64,000 nt of DNA from Lama glama (Eukaryota). A program made the position numbers and the translations under genes. This document shows positions 50,771-64,000 of the stretch, in pieces. The stretch lies in the NCBI GenBank assembly GCA_028534125.1, contig CM052818.1, positions 37,016,001-37,080,000 of the forward strand, read 5' to 3'. The notes under the pieces are model-generated. The model searched no databases, had not been told where the DNA came from, and was given only the letters and a program-made list of their open reading frames with translations. Numbering within the stretch: position 1 is the first letter of the stretch; every line of letters starts with the position of its first letter.

Positions 50771-52310
50771 GAGGACTTAATCTATGGAGTGCCAACACAC
50801 AACCACAGCAATCCAAGTTTAATCTCTAAGCATTCATCTCCCAAGTTCAGATTTTTCTTCCATCTTCTCAGCTGGTGCATTCCCCAACTTCTGAATTTCT
50901 AAAAATACCCAGCGTAGTTCCCTCTACAAAACACCAGCACCCTGCCAGCTGTTAAACAAATAAACTCAAAACAAAAATGCTGTAGTTGTGAAATAAGATA
51001 TATTTAATTAAATAAAAAAGGAAAAGCAAGTGCTATTACAAGAACATAAAACTGTAAGGCATAAGATAAAAACTAAATTACTACAAGGCAGCTCGATCCA
51101 ATCTAATCCTTAAAGATAAAGATGAAACCAGAAAATTGCGTGTATTGAGAAATCAACATAAGCCCTGAGCAAATATTAACTAGAGATCTATAAACTGGTT
51201 GATAATAAACAGTACTATGAACATTAGGATTAGGGAAGGAAGTGGAAAGGGAACCTCTTTGGGGTGTGGGGGACTTGAGTTCATGTCTCCATCCTGCTTG
51301 GAACAGCCTTGATGGAATGATCTTATTAGAGTGACTTTTCCGTTAGCTAATTTCAGTAAATCTGAGAGAAAAAAACTGAATGGCAAAGAGGTACCTGGCA
51401 AACTTCTATCTATCATCTTTTGAAAGACACAGGGATGGTGTGATCTCATCTTATCAGGCTATAAAATGGAGCTTGTGGATACAATCTTTGCCTTTTACTG
51501 TGGGTTTCTAACTCAGCTATTGACATGATTTTAACAGTGTGTTTAAGCATGAAGAATGGTCCAATTACATGTTAAGTAGCCTTTTTTTATAGTTCTAATA
51601 AAGGTTCATTTAGACGTTTATACTGACAACTCAGTTCTTTGGAAGGGGATTTTTCAAGCTGCCTGCTAGAAGAGAACATTTCCTGGCTGCAAAAAAGAAA
51701 AAAAAAGAAGAGAGAGAGAGAGAAGCCTGCTATTAGCTAGGAAATGTTGCTCCAGCTTTGAGAGATGCCATTTGTGTAGGGGCTGAGTCTTCTGATGGAG
51801 AAGTCGGCAGTGGCAGCTGGAAAAATCCAGCGAATTCACAGGTGAAGATGCCCTCTTTGTCACAGTTTCAGGCTCTGGGACAAAGACTCTCCTTGGAGAG
51901 CATTCATGCACTGCACGCCCCTCACAGGGAGCTTCAGAATACGACCTGAATGGGAAACCGACTCCTGACAGGCAGGGAACGCGGTTCTCCATCAGATCAA
52001 GGTGCAGGGACAGCCCGGTCCTCTGAGGGAACTGGAAGGCCCTTTGGGGACAGAGTTAGTGTTCTTAGGCCCCTGGGGATGCAAGTGACCTGGGGGCTCT
52101 TAGAAACATAGTGTTTTTTTTTTTTCCTCTAGTGAGACTCCAACTGAAGTGTTCCTGACAGAAAAAGAGATACCTATGTGCTCTTAGGTCTGGAGAGAAA
52201 TCTCCACAATTTCCTGGAGTCTGGACTGACGTCGGAGTCCAGTCATTAACTCGCTGTGAGTCTTCTCAGGGTCTCACACCCTGGCTGCCAGCTCCTGGAT
52301 GAAAGGGGCT

Positions 52311-52692
52311 TGTATTAGTGTGCAAGGGCCACCTGGTAACAAAGTTCCAGATACGGGGGCCAGGGTGTAAACAACAGAAACTTATTTTCTCGTAGTTCTG
52401 GAGGCTGGACGTCCAACATCAAGGTGTCCGCAGGGTTGGTTTCTTCTGAGCCCTCTCTCCTTGGCTTTTCCATGGCCGTCTTCTCCCTGTGGCTTCACAT
52501 GGCCTTCCCTTTGCGTGTGTCTGTGTCCCAATTCCCTCTTCTTATAAGACTACCAGTCCTGTTGGATCAGGGCCCACCCTAATGACCTCATTTTAACTTA
52601 ACTGCCCTTTTAAAGACCCTGTCTTCACATACAGTCACGTTTTGAGGTACCTGGATAAAGACTTCAACATATGAATGGGTGGGGGGGACACA
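52311..52692 (-). mobile_element. MLT1B/C-type MaLR LTR
   Basis: tgtattagt..gttctggaggctggacgtccaacatcaaggtg..cccaccctaatgacctcattttaactt..acttcaacatatgaat. Confidence 0.88.
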
Positions 52693-54614
52693 GTTCTCTG
52701 CGTCTGTATCTTCTTTGTGTATCTGGGGGTACAAACACATGTGTTTCTTACCCTGCCTCCAGAGGATAACTCAAGAGGGAAGTGGGGGGCAAAAAATCAA
52801 CCTCCTCTATTCTCCTCCTTCTACTAATGGAGAACAGGAGTGGGGCCATTGCTTTAGTTTAATAGTAAAAGAAGGAAAAAGTAGATTAGATGTGTGTGAT
52901 TTCATGCTGCACTCAAAGGCTCCTTAACACGTTCCTATCTCCTCAACTGGCTCTTGTTTAAACTCCACGGCCACACTCCTAACCTACCTTAAGGAGTCCT
53001 ATTTTCCAAGTCATTAATTGTTTTCTTGCATTCTTAGAGGTTTTCAAGTTTCTCCTAATCCCTCCCAAATCCTGTGCATTTCGCAGGCAACCTGGAGAGG
53101 CTCAGGGTGCCCCGGAGATGCTGATAATCTCCAAACACTTCATCTGGTGGAGGAGCTTTTCCGTCATCCGCCCCTGCGTTTAATTCACTTGATTCCTATG
53201 TATGTGCGTGTTGACACCCCACATGCAGGGAGGGCCGGAACCAATTAAACACAAAGCAAATAAAACACCAGCGCTCACTCCGCAGAAGAGGAGTGGGCTA
53301 TGCAAGAATTTCTATTAAGGTAACTCTGGTGTGTGGAGGATGTCATCCCACCAAACTGACAAGCTTTTAAAAAAAAAATCACCCCTTGTAGGAAAAATAA
53401 CAGTGACACAGAAATCACATCAATAAGGCTACGCTATTCATAAGTCACAAAATTTAAACAAAAAGGCAAATCCCAAAATTGAACCTCTAGGTCAAAATCA
53501 TGATAAGTCAGGAACTTTTGAGGAAATCATTCAGCCTGAGTGCTACCTGAGTGATAACTTTATGTCGAAGGGAATTTCCCATGGTCTGAACTTGCCAGCC
53601 TCCACCCCTGTCTCTGCCCAGAGCCAAGAAGACCCTGCAGAGGGTTTTAGAGGAAGCGTGGATTTGGATTCGGGAGGAGCAGCCCCAGGGAGGGAGCCCA
53701 CAGTGTTGGCCCTGGGCACCAGAGTTAGTCTGACAGGCACCGATGCGCTCTGAGCTGTGCCGGTGCACTCTTCCCTTCCCATCCTGACTGCTTCTTCCCC
53801 TACTGAGCTGACGGCCCGGGCCTCGTTGGGATCCGTCAGGACATCACAGGGCGTGTGCTGCATGGCGATGAGGAGGAGCTGGAACAGAGGGAGACTCAGA
53901 CACTCCCAGGCATCCTCCAAGATTGAGTGTACAGATCAGCCAAAGTTGTGATTAAAATAACCATGTGCTCCAGTAAAACCCTGGGATGGGAAGTAATGAG
54001 TTTCCAGGAGAGGAGCAGGGAGTCAGGAAATGCTCGGTGGGGCCCTCTGAAGAACAGAGGGACGAGGAGGTCAGTGCCCTCTGGGGTCACCTAGCATCGA
54101 GCACTCAAAACAGCGGCTCTGGGGGCGTGGTCAGCCTGGGCAGCCAGGAGCGGTTTATCACCTTGATGAGGCCATGGGTAGGGGCGCCCTGCAGGGTGTG
54201 GGATAGAGGAGTGGGAGCCAGCCCGGGAGACTGCTGACCTCAGCGATGAAGGGAAGGTGCTGATGGCAGGTGGAGGCCTCAAGTAACAGGGGAGGCTCCC
54301 TCGGCCCTCCCACCTTCCGCCCAATGTGCCATGATTGGCCCAGACCTTGATTCCACTTTGTGCCTGGGGAGGACGTTTGGGTGTGTGGCGGGGGAAGGTG
54401 GGCAGGACTTGGAAGAAGAGAGCGTATGTGGGAGTCCCCGGAAACCCGCCCGCCTCTTGCCCACTTTAAGTGTAAGAGAGGCAAGGTAGAGAGTCATGCA
54501 CTGAGGCACTATTGTTTTTTTGGGGACTCTGCCCAGCATTGGAGGCCCAGGGGAAGGCCCCCAGCACCCACGTCAGCAGTGAGGACTAAAAGGTCGGAGT
54601 GTGTATGATGGGGT

Positions 54615-55032
54615 CGTGTTCACTTGCCAGTGCTGCCCTACCAAAGCGGCACAAACCAGGCAGCTGAAACAGCAGACATGCACTGTCTCCCAGTTCTGGA
54701 GGCCGGAAGTCCAAGGTCAAGGCTTGGCAGGGTTCTTCCTTCCGGGGGCTGTAAGGAGGGATGTGCCGCTCGAATCTCCTCGTGTCTCCTGTCACGCTGG
54801 CAGCCTGTGCGGTTCCTCTTCATCTCCCCTTGCCGCTCTCCCAGGGCGCGTGTCTGTCTCTGTGCACATTCCCCCTTTTTTATAAGGCTATCGTCATGCT
54901 GGACTAGGTCCACCCTGATGACCTCATCTTAACTGGATCATCTGCAGAGACTCCCGTTCCCAATGTGGTCACATTCACAGGTACAGGAATTTAGCACTTC
55001 ATCAGCTTTTGGGGGGACAGAATTCAATCACA
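54615..55032 (-). mobile_element. MLT1C/D-type MaLR LTR
   Basis: cagttctggaggccggaagtccaagg..ccaccctgatgacctcatcttaact..ggtcacattcacaggtac..ggggggacagaattcaa. Confidence 0.85.
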
Positions 55033-55634
55033 GGGGGCAAGGGTGCCAATGGGCTATCAGGTATGCGGGGAAGAAGCTGATTTTTAGAACAGGCTGGGTT
55101 GCAGCCCTGTAGCATGTGAGTTAGGTGGGTTGTTCAATACTTGTGTTCTTAGTTGGAAAGTCAGGGTTTCCAGAGTGCTGCTTCACAGAGTAGGTGTGAG
55201 GGTGATAATGGAGCTGAAGACCCTTTGATTTTTGAAGAGGATGCACCTGGTTGTTGTTATGGCGCTAATGGGCCGCCTGTATGTTCTCTCACTGAAGACA
55301 GTGGCTCTATTCTTGGTCCCCTTGTCTTCTCAACTGTGAAATGGGTTGAATAAATAGTGCATTAACTGGGCATCTAACCCTGCAGCGTGGCAGTTATAAA
55401 AACGGGTAGCCATGTGTGTGTTGGCAGCAAGCCACATCTGGGAATTGGGGGCAGGGAGTTAAGATCAACAAAGAGCCGGAGACTCAGGGGATTTGGTGAG
55501 GACATGAGGAAAGGGAGGCAGCCCTGAACAGGTGGGTCCAAGCTGGGCAGAGAGCAGCAGGGGTTATGTGGTGCAGAGGGAAGACAAGAGACGTTCGAAA
55601 GCTTGTTTTCAGTCGTGTTCCAATCCAGAATGCA

Positions 55635-56475
55635 GAGATTCTGATTCTCATTCTGATGGGTTTTTTCCCCCCACACCAAGCAAATCTCTGATACCAGCCG
55701 GGTGTCCTACAATTCAACTCAGTTCTGACGCTACCTGGAGATGAGGTCCTACAAGTCAAGGGCTCAGTCCTGCAAGACTGACGCCCACCCTCCCAGTTAG
55801 ATTCCAGCTGCAAGTCCAGGTTGTCACCTGGGCTTCTGACTGGTGGGCTGTGAATTGGAGGTTCCCCTGCCCTCTTCCTTGGGTTTGATTAATTTCCTAG
55901 AGCTGCTCACAGAACTCAGAGAAACTTATTACTTACCATTGCCAGTTTATTATGAAAGGATATAACTCAAGAATGGCCAGATGGAAGAGGTGAGAGGGGC
56001 AAGGTATGTGGGGAGGGGCACAGAGCTCCCATGCCCTCTCCAGGTGTGGTGCTCTCCCCAGATCTCCATGTCTCCACCAACCCAGAAGCTCTTCAAACTC
56101 CATCCTTTGGGAATTGTTACGGAGACTTCATCGTGTAGGCATGATTTATCATTAATTCCATTTTCATCCTTTCTCTCTTCTCAAGGGAATGAAGGTTGGG
56201 GTTAAGATTTGCAAGTTTCTAATCTTGCCTTGGTCTTTCTGGCCACCAGTCCTCATCTAGGAACTCACCCAGAGTTGCCTCGTTAGAACAAAAGACCCTC
56301 CTATTACCCAATTACAAGGTTTTCAGGAGCCCTGTGTCAGAAACCAGGCTCAAAGACCAAATATTAGAATAAAAGGTGTTCCTAGTGTTCTTATCACTTA
56401 GGAAATTCCAAGGGTTTCAGGAGCTCCATGCCAGGTGCTTGGGATGGAGACCAATATATATTTTCTCTCATCTCA
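55635..56475. mobile_element. MER21-like LTR
   Basis: ccagccgggtgtcctacaattcaactcagttctgac..gggctcagtcctgcaagactg..ctcacagaactcagagaaac..ggaaattccaagggtttcaggagct; recognised by eye. Confidence 0.75.
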
Positions 56476-59400
56476 GAGATGCTATTTTACAGGCGCTTAC
56501 TAGCCAGGGTGCACGTGCTAGGGTGCCTCTCAGACTGGGGGGCCTGGGACTTGCTTCTTGAAAGTCCTAGGACTTCAGCTGCTCAGTGTTTTTACGGCTT
56601 TGTGTACTAGCTCAGTTTACCAATTTGGGATTCCTTTCTTTGATAGCTCTACTATTTACAAATATATGCACACCTTTGGTCTTCTAGCCTAAAGAAAGGA
56701 AACCATTCCTTGGAGGTGACAGAGAATGACCAGCCCCTCCACCGTGACCTTGGTGGTCGAACCATAGCAGGTGTTGGGTCAGTGCCCCTCTGGCCTCACC
56801 CCTCCGCAAGCCAGCGGCCTTGCCGGTGGGCCAGGGTTGGCATATGTGCGTGTCAACCACAGTGCTTCACCCTGGGGACCTCGCCCCTGACCTCCAGGCC
56901 TATTCTTGGTCTCCCCAGCCTCATCCGTGTCCCCAGACTGACTTCTCATTCCTTCAATGCTGTAAGCCCACACCTTTCTCCGCAGCCTGCAAGGGGAGGC
57001 AGCTCGTTGACAAAGAAAGCTATGGCTGGTGATTTTTCTTTTTCTTCTTGCTCAGTTCTGAAGCTGAAAAAAATCACAGCATACTTCAAACTTGAGCAGT
57101 GGCTGTGAATGTATTCACTCTTGAATTCATCTGTGAGGTTATTATACGCAGCTTTGATGTTACAGCAAGACTACCTGGGTCGTTTTGTTCCAATTACTCA
57201 GTGCAGAGGAGGAGGACTTCATGCCACACAAAGGCGCCGACTTTGATGTTGTGTCGAGGCTGCCCTTCCCGGGGCTGATGCATCAGGAGCGACTCCGGGC
57301 AGCCGGGGCGCATCCACATGGTGGGGCCCTAACCCGGAGCAGGGCAGCTGGGTGCTGCCGGCCCCGAGGAGCCCTTGTCAGGGCAGCCATAAGCGTGGGC
57401 CTATCGAGCACATTTCCCATTGCATCACAGAGGATTCGGAAATAACCTCATTTTCCTCAATTAGGAAGATGGAGATTGTAATGGCTATACTTTGCTCTCT
57501 TCAGACGTCTTTCATCTCTGCATCGCAAAGTGCTCTGAAAGCATGATTAAGGAAGCTTCCTAACTCCCCAGCCGGGCAGGCGCCCCACTGCCTGCTTCTG
57601 TCAAGGCTAAATGGTTGAGGCCAGCTCACTGGGTGAACTCAGGGTAATGGGAGATCCTGCTGACCCCAGCACAGGGCAAGGATGGATGCTGGAAACCCGC
57701 TGGATGGGGGCGGGAGGGAGCTCGAGGCAGCCCAGTGCAGAGGTGGATTCCTGAATGGGGAAGTCGGGGTCTCAGAGCCAGCCCTGGCTGTCACACTGGC
57801 CTGTTGTCAGAGTGTGGACCAGGTACCACCACCCACCGCATTCTGGGTCTCAGACTCAGTGCGTGAAGAGCAGGAAGGGGAATTTGAAGATGTGTCAGGT
57901 ACCCTGTGGCTCTGCTGTTCTGTGTCACGTGATGACGGATTTGACAGCCCTGGACTCCCCAGCCCGCCTTTCGTCTCTCCTTGACATCCCTGCTCAGAAC
58001 CTAGGGTGCTCCCCACACCTCCTATGGCCCAGAAGCTCTCCTTGCAGCCCGTGTCCTGTATCTTCCATAACACCCCATCCCCAGGCACAGATTCCCACGC
58101 ATTCTCCACACACCGCTTTGTCACATCTCCCGTTTAGAGCACGCGGGTCCCTGCGGGGTCTGCCTTCCATGCTTTGCCTTCGAGGTGCGTTCTCCACTCT
58201 TCCCTTTTTCCTCTGCCTTTCCTCCAAACACAAGTACTGGCTCCTTTGTTTTTTTGCCACACTGGATTGTGTTCCTCTGTCCATTTAGGCCAGAACTCCT
58301 CCTCCAAGACCCTCCAGCGCCTGCCAAGCCTCGGTTGTTTGCTCCGGCATCAACCACCCAGCTGACTGTGCTTTTAGTTTGTCCACTCTCATTGCTACCA
58401 GCATCCCTGCCTCCTGTTGTGGTCGTTCCTGCCCCCTTCCCAGTTAGCTGTCCTCGTGTGCTGTGGGCTAAGAACAAAACTCACTGAGCTGAAGTGGAGG
58501 TGGGACCAGAAGGCTGAGAGGCTTCCGTGTGTATCTCTGCCTGGATGGCGGAGCCTCGCACTTGGGCACTCGGCTGCCTTTTTAACGCCTTTCTTTTCTC
58601 AGCTGTGCCCCATAATGGCTGAGGACACAGGATACTTGCGTTCTGGGTGATGGGACACAATGTATCTGCAGTAACGGGTGGTGCACGAAGGGGGCGGCTC
58701 TGGAGAGGGAGGGCAGTGGCAAGCCCATTTCCTTCTGCTTGAAGCGGGATTAAAAAAAGGAAAAAAACTAGACCTGTTTGTTATTGCTGATTAATAGGTG
58801 CTTCTAAATGTTGCATTTTGAAAAAAAAATTGTGATGCCACTCAAAAAACACTTTCCACCAGTGTTTTGGAAATCCCAAGGGTTTCCCAGTTGAGAAAGT
58901 TGACAAGGTCAGATCATGTTTTGGAGGATGGCTTATGAATTGGAGGGTTCTTATTCTTGCCCTAGACGTGCCCTGCCTTCTCACTGTCTCATGAGAGCAC
59001 TCTGCTGGGGAGAGGTGATTGCCCTTGGCTCTCAGGAGCTGGGGCTTGGTGTGGTCACACTGTCCCCTTGTGGGTTGGTCTGACCAGCCACCAGGGCAAT
59101 TCTGGGGAAAAGCTGTATTTTGTTGTAGTGGTTTTCAAGTGTAAAAAGCCCAGTAAAACTTAATCATATCCTTTTTCTGGAACAAACAAAAAGAAAACTG
59201 CTGAAGTGGAAAATTCAGTATAGGAAATATAGGAGAGTCATTAGGTTGGAGTTTCAAAAACGAGAAAGAATTCCTGTGAGTATTTACGGGTTTGCCGGGG
59301 GTAGGGCGGACCACCCATCTATTGGGCAATGGACTCGGGTCTAACAGGCTACTCTGCTGTGAGTGAGATGCTTCCTGTGGGCCCCTTCTATGAGCTGCTC

Positions 59401-60094
59401 TTTCTCTTGGCCTCATTGCCAGTCCTGACTTCGTTTCAGCACCCCTGCCCCCACCCTAAGCTGCTCACAGGCAGGCTCACTGGTGCTGCCGACCACGTGC
59501 TCAGTCCTGGGGGATTCCTTCTGAATCTATAAGCAGCTACAGGGCCCTTCCTGTGGCTTTCCAGGGCCCATGGGCCCAGTCACCCTGCCGTGCCCTCGTG
59601 TGTCTATGCTGCTGGGCCTCCTTGGCTGCCGTCAAACTTGGGACAAGTGTTCCTAGGAGCGGTCCTCAGGGTTCCATCTGTGGGACTTGACTGCATCCTG
59701 ATTCCTGAGTTTCACCTTCGCAACCTGCCTCCTCCAGTTTCTTCAGGCTCAGTGGTCACCCTGCCTGTCCCTTTGACTGATGACCAGATTCCTTGCTTGT
59801 TTGAGAAGCACCGATGGTTCAAACCATCGGTGACAACATGCAAAAAAGACAGGGTAGGGAGTGGGACATGGGAGGGAGCAATAAATCTGCCCGAGAAGAG
59901 CTATAGGGTTCCATTTGGACATGGATGGTGAGGGGATCTTTTTTGGATGCTACATTCACAGAAGGCGGACAGTGAACTTTCTTTGCCATCTCTTTAGGTT
60001 ATTTGTTTTATCACATTAATTTGCATTGCATGGCAGCATGCAGTGGTCCATCATTTCACAAATACCTTGGCCTGTCACCCATGCCCTGCTAGTA

Positions 60095-60520
60095 TTATCA
60101 GTGGCAGAAGTGGCCAACTAACCACCAAGATGTGTGTTCTGCGCTGGAGCATAGAACTGTTGGTGGGAGGGGCTGTCCCGTGAGGGCTACACCCACCAAT
60201 ACCCTCGTGTTTGGGTGGCGACCTGGAGATGAGCTGTTACCAACAGAAATGTTAGCCAAGTTGATGAGTATCATGTCTGGACCAAGGGAGTAAAAAAAAG
60301 TCTCTCTCCACATGTCAGCTGATTGGAAACATTTGAAGGACTTAGAGTGGGCAGAGCCACAAGAAGGAAGGAGCCTGGGTCCATGAGGTACCTGACCAGG
60401 AGCACCCTAATTGGACAGTGACATGAATGGGAAATGCATTTTCATTGTGTTAAGCCCCTGAGAATTCATGGGGATTTCACTTACCTAGTGTAAGAGCTGG
60501 CGTTACTATAACTCATGCAC
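60095..60520 (+). mobile_element. Old MLT1(H-K)-type MaLR LTR
   Basis: ggcagagccacaagaaggaaggagcctgggtcc..ttcattgtgttaagcccctgaga is 3' LTR text. Confidence 0.65.
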
Positions 60521-62644
60521 TTTGGTTTAGTCAACTCAAGGTCTTTCTGGTTTTCACCCAGCGTGAGCCACCCTGTCCTGGTCTGCGTTCATCTCCCTGG
60601 TTTCTCTCTTCATTGAGGAACTCGGGAGGCGCTGCTGCTGAGCGGGAAGAAAGAACTATGTGAGAAGGCAAACAGGATAAGAGCTAAGTTAGGGTAGTTA
60701 TGAAGGAATTTCTTCTCTGGGCCCTGGGAGAATTTTTTTTTCAGTGATTTCTGGGTCTCTGGAATTATGAAAGTAATGGAGTCATGAATATAATTACCTC
60801 TATTCTGTAATTACCCGGCAAATATCATATGAATACATAGGGGGTTTGAGTCAGCAGATCTGGCAGCTGCAGAGTTTGATTATGATGATTTAGCTGCTGG
60901 GAAATGCCAGGGATTAATTTCAGTCATCAGTGTAGGAACAACAAGGAGAAATGGCCCCAAATTAGGGAAGGACACAGGCAGTCTGCGTGGTGAGAGCCCT
61001 TGGTGACTGGGAGGTCAGTTAGTGGAAAGGTTCCCCCCTCGGAGGAGGCCTATCCCTGGAGTTGTTCCTGCAGGACCAGGGGCCATCCAGAGATTTGTCT
61101 GCGCTCCGCCACGTCCCCAGGCCGTGGCTCTTGGAGAACCTCACATGTGCGCTCTCTGAAGGTAACTGATGTGTTTGCTTGAACTCTCCGGCTTTTACAG
61201 CATTGATCCCTTTTAGTGGCCACAGTACCCCAGGAGGCGGAGTCACAATCTACCCCCATTTTACAGATGTCAGCGCGAGTCCTAAAGGAGCCAGTCTCTC
61301 CACGCGGCACAGTGAGTGGCCTTTTCTAGGTCAGAACCCAGGTCCCCGTGTCCTCTTTCTTATCTTGTACTGGCTTTGGGAAGGAATGTACCTCCAATTG
61401 TAATGTTTTTCCTGTGGGAAAAAGCGATTTCTTTTCTGATTGCTTGTTTCAAAGGGTTCCCCGGAAAGCTTTAGGAAGAGTGTGAGTATTTGTCGTGCAA
61501 ATCAGACCCTGGTGTCTGAGGAGGGAGTGGAGAACAGCCTCTACAACGCGGGGGCCCCTGAAAGAGGCCGAGTCGCCCTGCGCTCCTCGCTGTGCTGTGT
61601 GATGAGCTGTGTTGTGTGCCTGTTCCTAATTGGGGCCCATTCTCCTTTGTTGTCCCCACGCTGATGACTGAAATGAATCCCTGGCGTTTCTCCGCAGCTA
61701 AATCATCAGAATCAAACTCTGCAGTTTGCTTCTACTTGCAGGGCTCCCTTGGTCTCTCCACGGGACAGCGCCCACCTGCCACCAGTGGAGTAGAGAGGGT
61801 TGTGGTGTCTGGGCGAGGCCAGCACTGTCCTGGAAGTTTTCCATTAGTCTGATCAGCTCTTTGCTCCTCTTGTTTTGGGACTCAGTGCTCACCATTTACT
61901 GTCCCCCAAATTCCCTTGAGGCTGTTATTCAAGTCCAGCTGCCTGGGAAAAGAGACTTGAATGAGGGCTGTTCGGGACCAAGGCTAAAGCATAGGGGTTT
62001 GGCCGTCCTCACCACTTTCTCTGTGGGGTGCAGGCTGCTGGTTTGAGGATAGGTAGTGTGAACAGGTCAGGGTGGGAGGGCTGGTTCTGCGCCAATTCCC
62101 TGGTGGGGAAAGGTCTGAAACCCTAGAATTCTTGTTCATGGCCACAGCAACACCAGGGACCTGGGGGCAAAGCCGCTCTGGGCAGTAGTTGTACCTACCA
62201 CGTGCCTTCTAGATTTTTGGACTCATCGACACCAGATGCATTTCCAGACTCTTATCCGTGCTTGCCAACACACATTAACCTGCCTCATATCTACTCAAAA
62301 CGCAGGCTGGCTGTACATCCTTCCTCTGGGCTTTGTCAGTAACCTAAAGATAGCGTTCTTGAAGATCTGAATTCAGACCTAAATATTACTTTTGAATGAA
62401 CTTCCAAGCTATTTTCCTGATGCTGATTTGGACTCTGACAATAATTCTAAACTCTTAACGTTGTCCCAGAACCAGCTCTCAACAGCTTCTAATCCATAAC
62501 CTCGATCCAGACATTAACTATAAGTAAATCTTGTTGCTGTAGATTCAAGCTCTAATTTTAACCCAGCTTTAAACCTAACCCCAACCAAGAAATATTTGTA
62601 AGGTCTGGCTCTTCTGAGCAGGAATTTGGTACTCTCATCTGTCA

Positions 62645-63215
62645 TCTGTAGGAAAGAAAAATTTTCCTCTACCCTCTTCTGTTCTCTGGCTAGGTCTGTG
62701 GAAACAGACAAACAAAAAACTGGCAACAGGCAGATTAACAGGAGAAAAGAGATGCAAATTTATTTGATGTTGAAAGTTTTATGTGGCACAGGAGAGCTTC
62801 ATAAAAAGAAAACTTCCAAAGAAAGAGCTAAGCTTGGAGGCTTTTAGACCACTTGGGGAAAAGAGGCTAAATTTAAAGAGAAGGGAGAGAGGTGACAAGA
62901 CAGAGGATGGGGACTTTGAGCTTCTAGGGTCAGCAAACTGTAAGAAGGCAAACAAATAGGAAAACTGATTAATGGTAGTGAAGGACTAGTTAGTATGGTT
63001 TGTTTGTGTGGATTCCTTTTTGGTGCCATCTCCTCTCTGGTGATGAGGTTGTTCTTCCCTTCCTGGGGTGAGAAGTGGGCGGGAGAGGACACCTTTACAG
63101 AGGGAATTTATGACCTGTGGTCGGGTAGACAAGGGGACTGTAGAGAGCTCATCCCATGTCTACTTTTTTCTCAAGTGCCTTCAGCTCAAACTATCCTTAG
63201 GCCAGGGTGGTAGTT
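62645..63215. mobile_element. ERV1-class LTR fragment (MER31/MER34-like)
   Basis: cagattaacaggagaaaag..gggaatttatgacctg..ttttctcaagtgccttcagctcaaactatcctta; subfamily uncertain. Confidence 0.55.
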
Positions 63216-63504
63216 TTTACATTTTCGCAAAAATAATTTAAAATCATGAATCCAATTTTTGGGCCATTTTTTCATCAAAAGCTCCCATTGGAAATATAAA
63301 CATTTTTGGTGAAGGCTGCCATTAATAACTTTTCTGTTGAGCAGAGAGATCAGTGGAAGACGATGAAAAAAAATTATATGAGTGTGCAGCAGAAGTCATC
63401 TCTTAACATGTTTCAGTGTGACATAGGGAAAGAACAAAGCCTTTGGAGTTAGACGGATGGGTTTATTACAGCCGTGTTCCATTGCCAAGCAGTTATGAGC
63501 AGCT

Positions 63505-63810
63505 GATTCATTCCTTCATTCATTGAATCATGCCCTTCTCTGTCTCCATCAATGACCAGAGTAGGCATCGTTCCCGCCCTCACAGAGCTTTCAGTCTAGT
63601 GACATAGACACTAAGCATGCAAGCAAACATATATGTGATTATAATGTGAGATAAATTTTGAGATGTATAAATGGGGTATAGAATGAGAGGGTAACAGAAG
63701 AGGGTCCTCAGTTTGTGGGGGGTCAAAGAAGGGAATTCTGGGGCTGAAGGGGAAGTAGGAGTTAGTCAAAGAATAGGGGAGAGAGTTTGATTTGGACAGC
63801 AAGGCTCTTA
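63505..63810. mobile_element. L2 LINE 3' fragment
   Basis: ttcattccttcattcatt..gccctcacagagctttcagtctagt..gtcaaagaagg is typical L2 3' text. Confidence 0.6.
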
Positions 63811-64000
63811 ACTGCAGGGGAATTTGGGCTCATTTCACAGTAGTGTTAGGGCTGCCTGTGCGTGACTTTGTCACCAATGGAAATTGCAGCTCTTATATCA
63901 TGATGAAATGATGGTAGTTACTAGACCCATTGCTGGATCTCATTAGTTAACAACGTGATAAAGAAGCATGTATATTATTGCTACATCCCAAGTATATATA

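Noticed and set aside
52220..52241. Short inverted repeat ctggact..agtccag around a CRE-like core
   Set aside because: A 7-bp stem is expected by chance in 64 kb and is too short for a pre-miRNA.
57682..58650. Many overlapping ORFs on both strands
   Set aside because: GC-rich stop-poor sequence partly resembling L2; no coherent protein.

Overview
A repeat-rich mammalian genomic window with no intact protein-coding gene that I can support. It is probably camelid, judged from Vic-1-type tRNA-derived SINEs and cetartiodactyl L1 3' ends. Most of it is old interspersed repeats: two large decayed L1s, MLT1/MLT2/MER21-type LTRs, L2, MIR, L3/CR1, MER5A/MER58A/MER91A and Tigger1. There is also a CpG-retaining promoter-like region at about 4.8-5.75 kb and a few AT-rich candidate conserved non-coding elements. 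The main observation comes from manual three-frame translation of the minus strand: two co-oriented, decayed coding relics about 4 kb apart. The first (about 19.6-17.3 kb) carries the motifs of a Mab-21/cGAS-like receptor (cGLR) nucleotidyltransferase in the expected order. The second (about 13.2-12.6 kb) resembles the STING cyclic-dinucleotide-binding domain. Together they look like the fossil of a linked cGLR + STING-like sensor/receptor module distinct from canonical CGAS and STING1. These homology calls are by-eye motif matches to remembered family sequences and need profile-search confirmation. Repeat family names and boundaries are also by eye and approximate.
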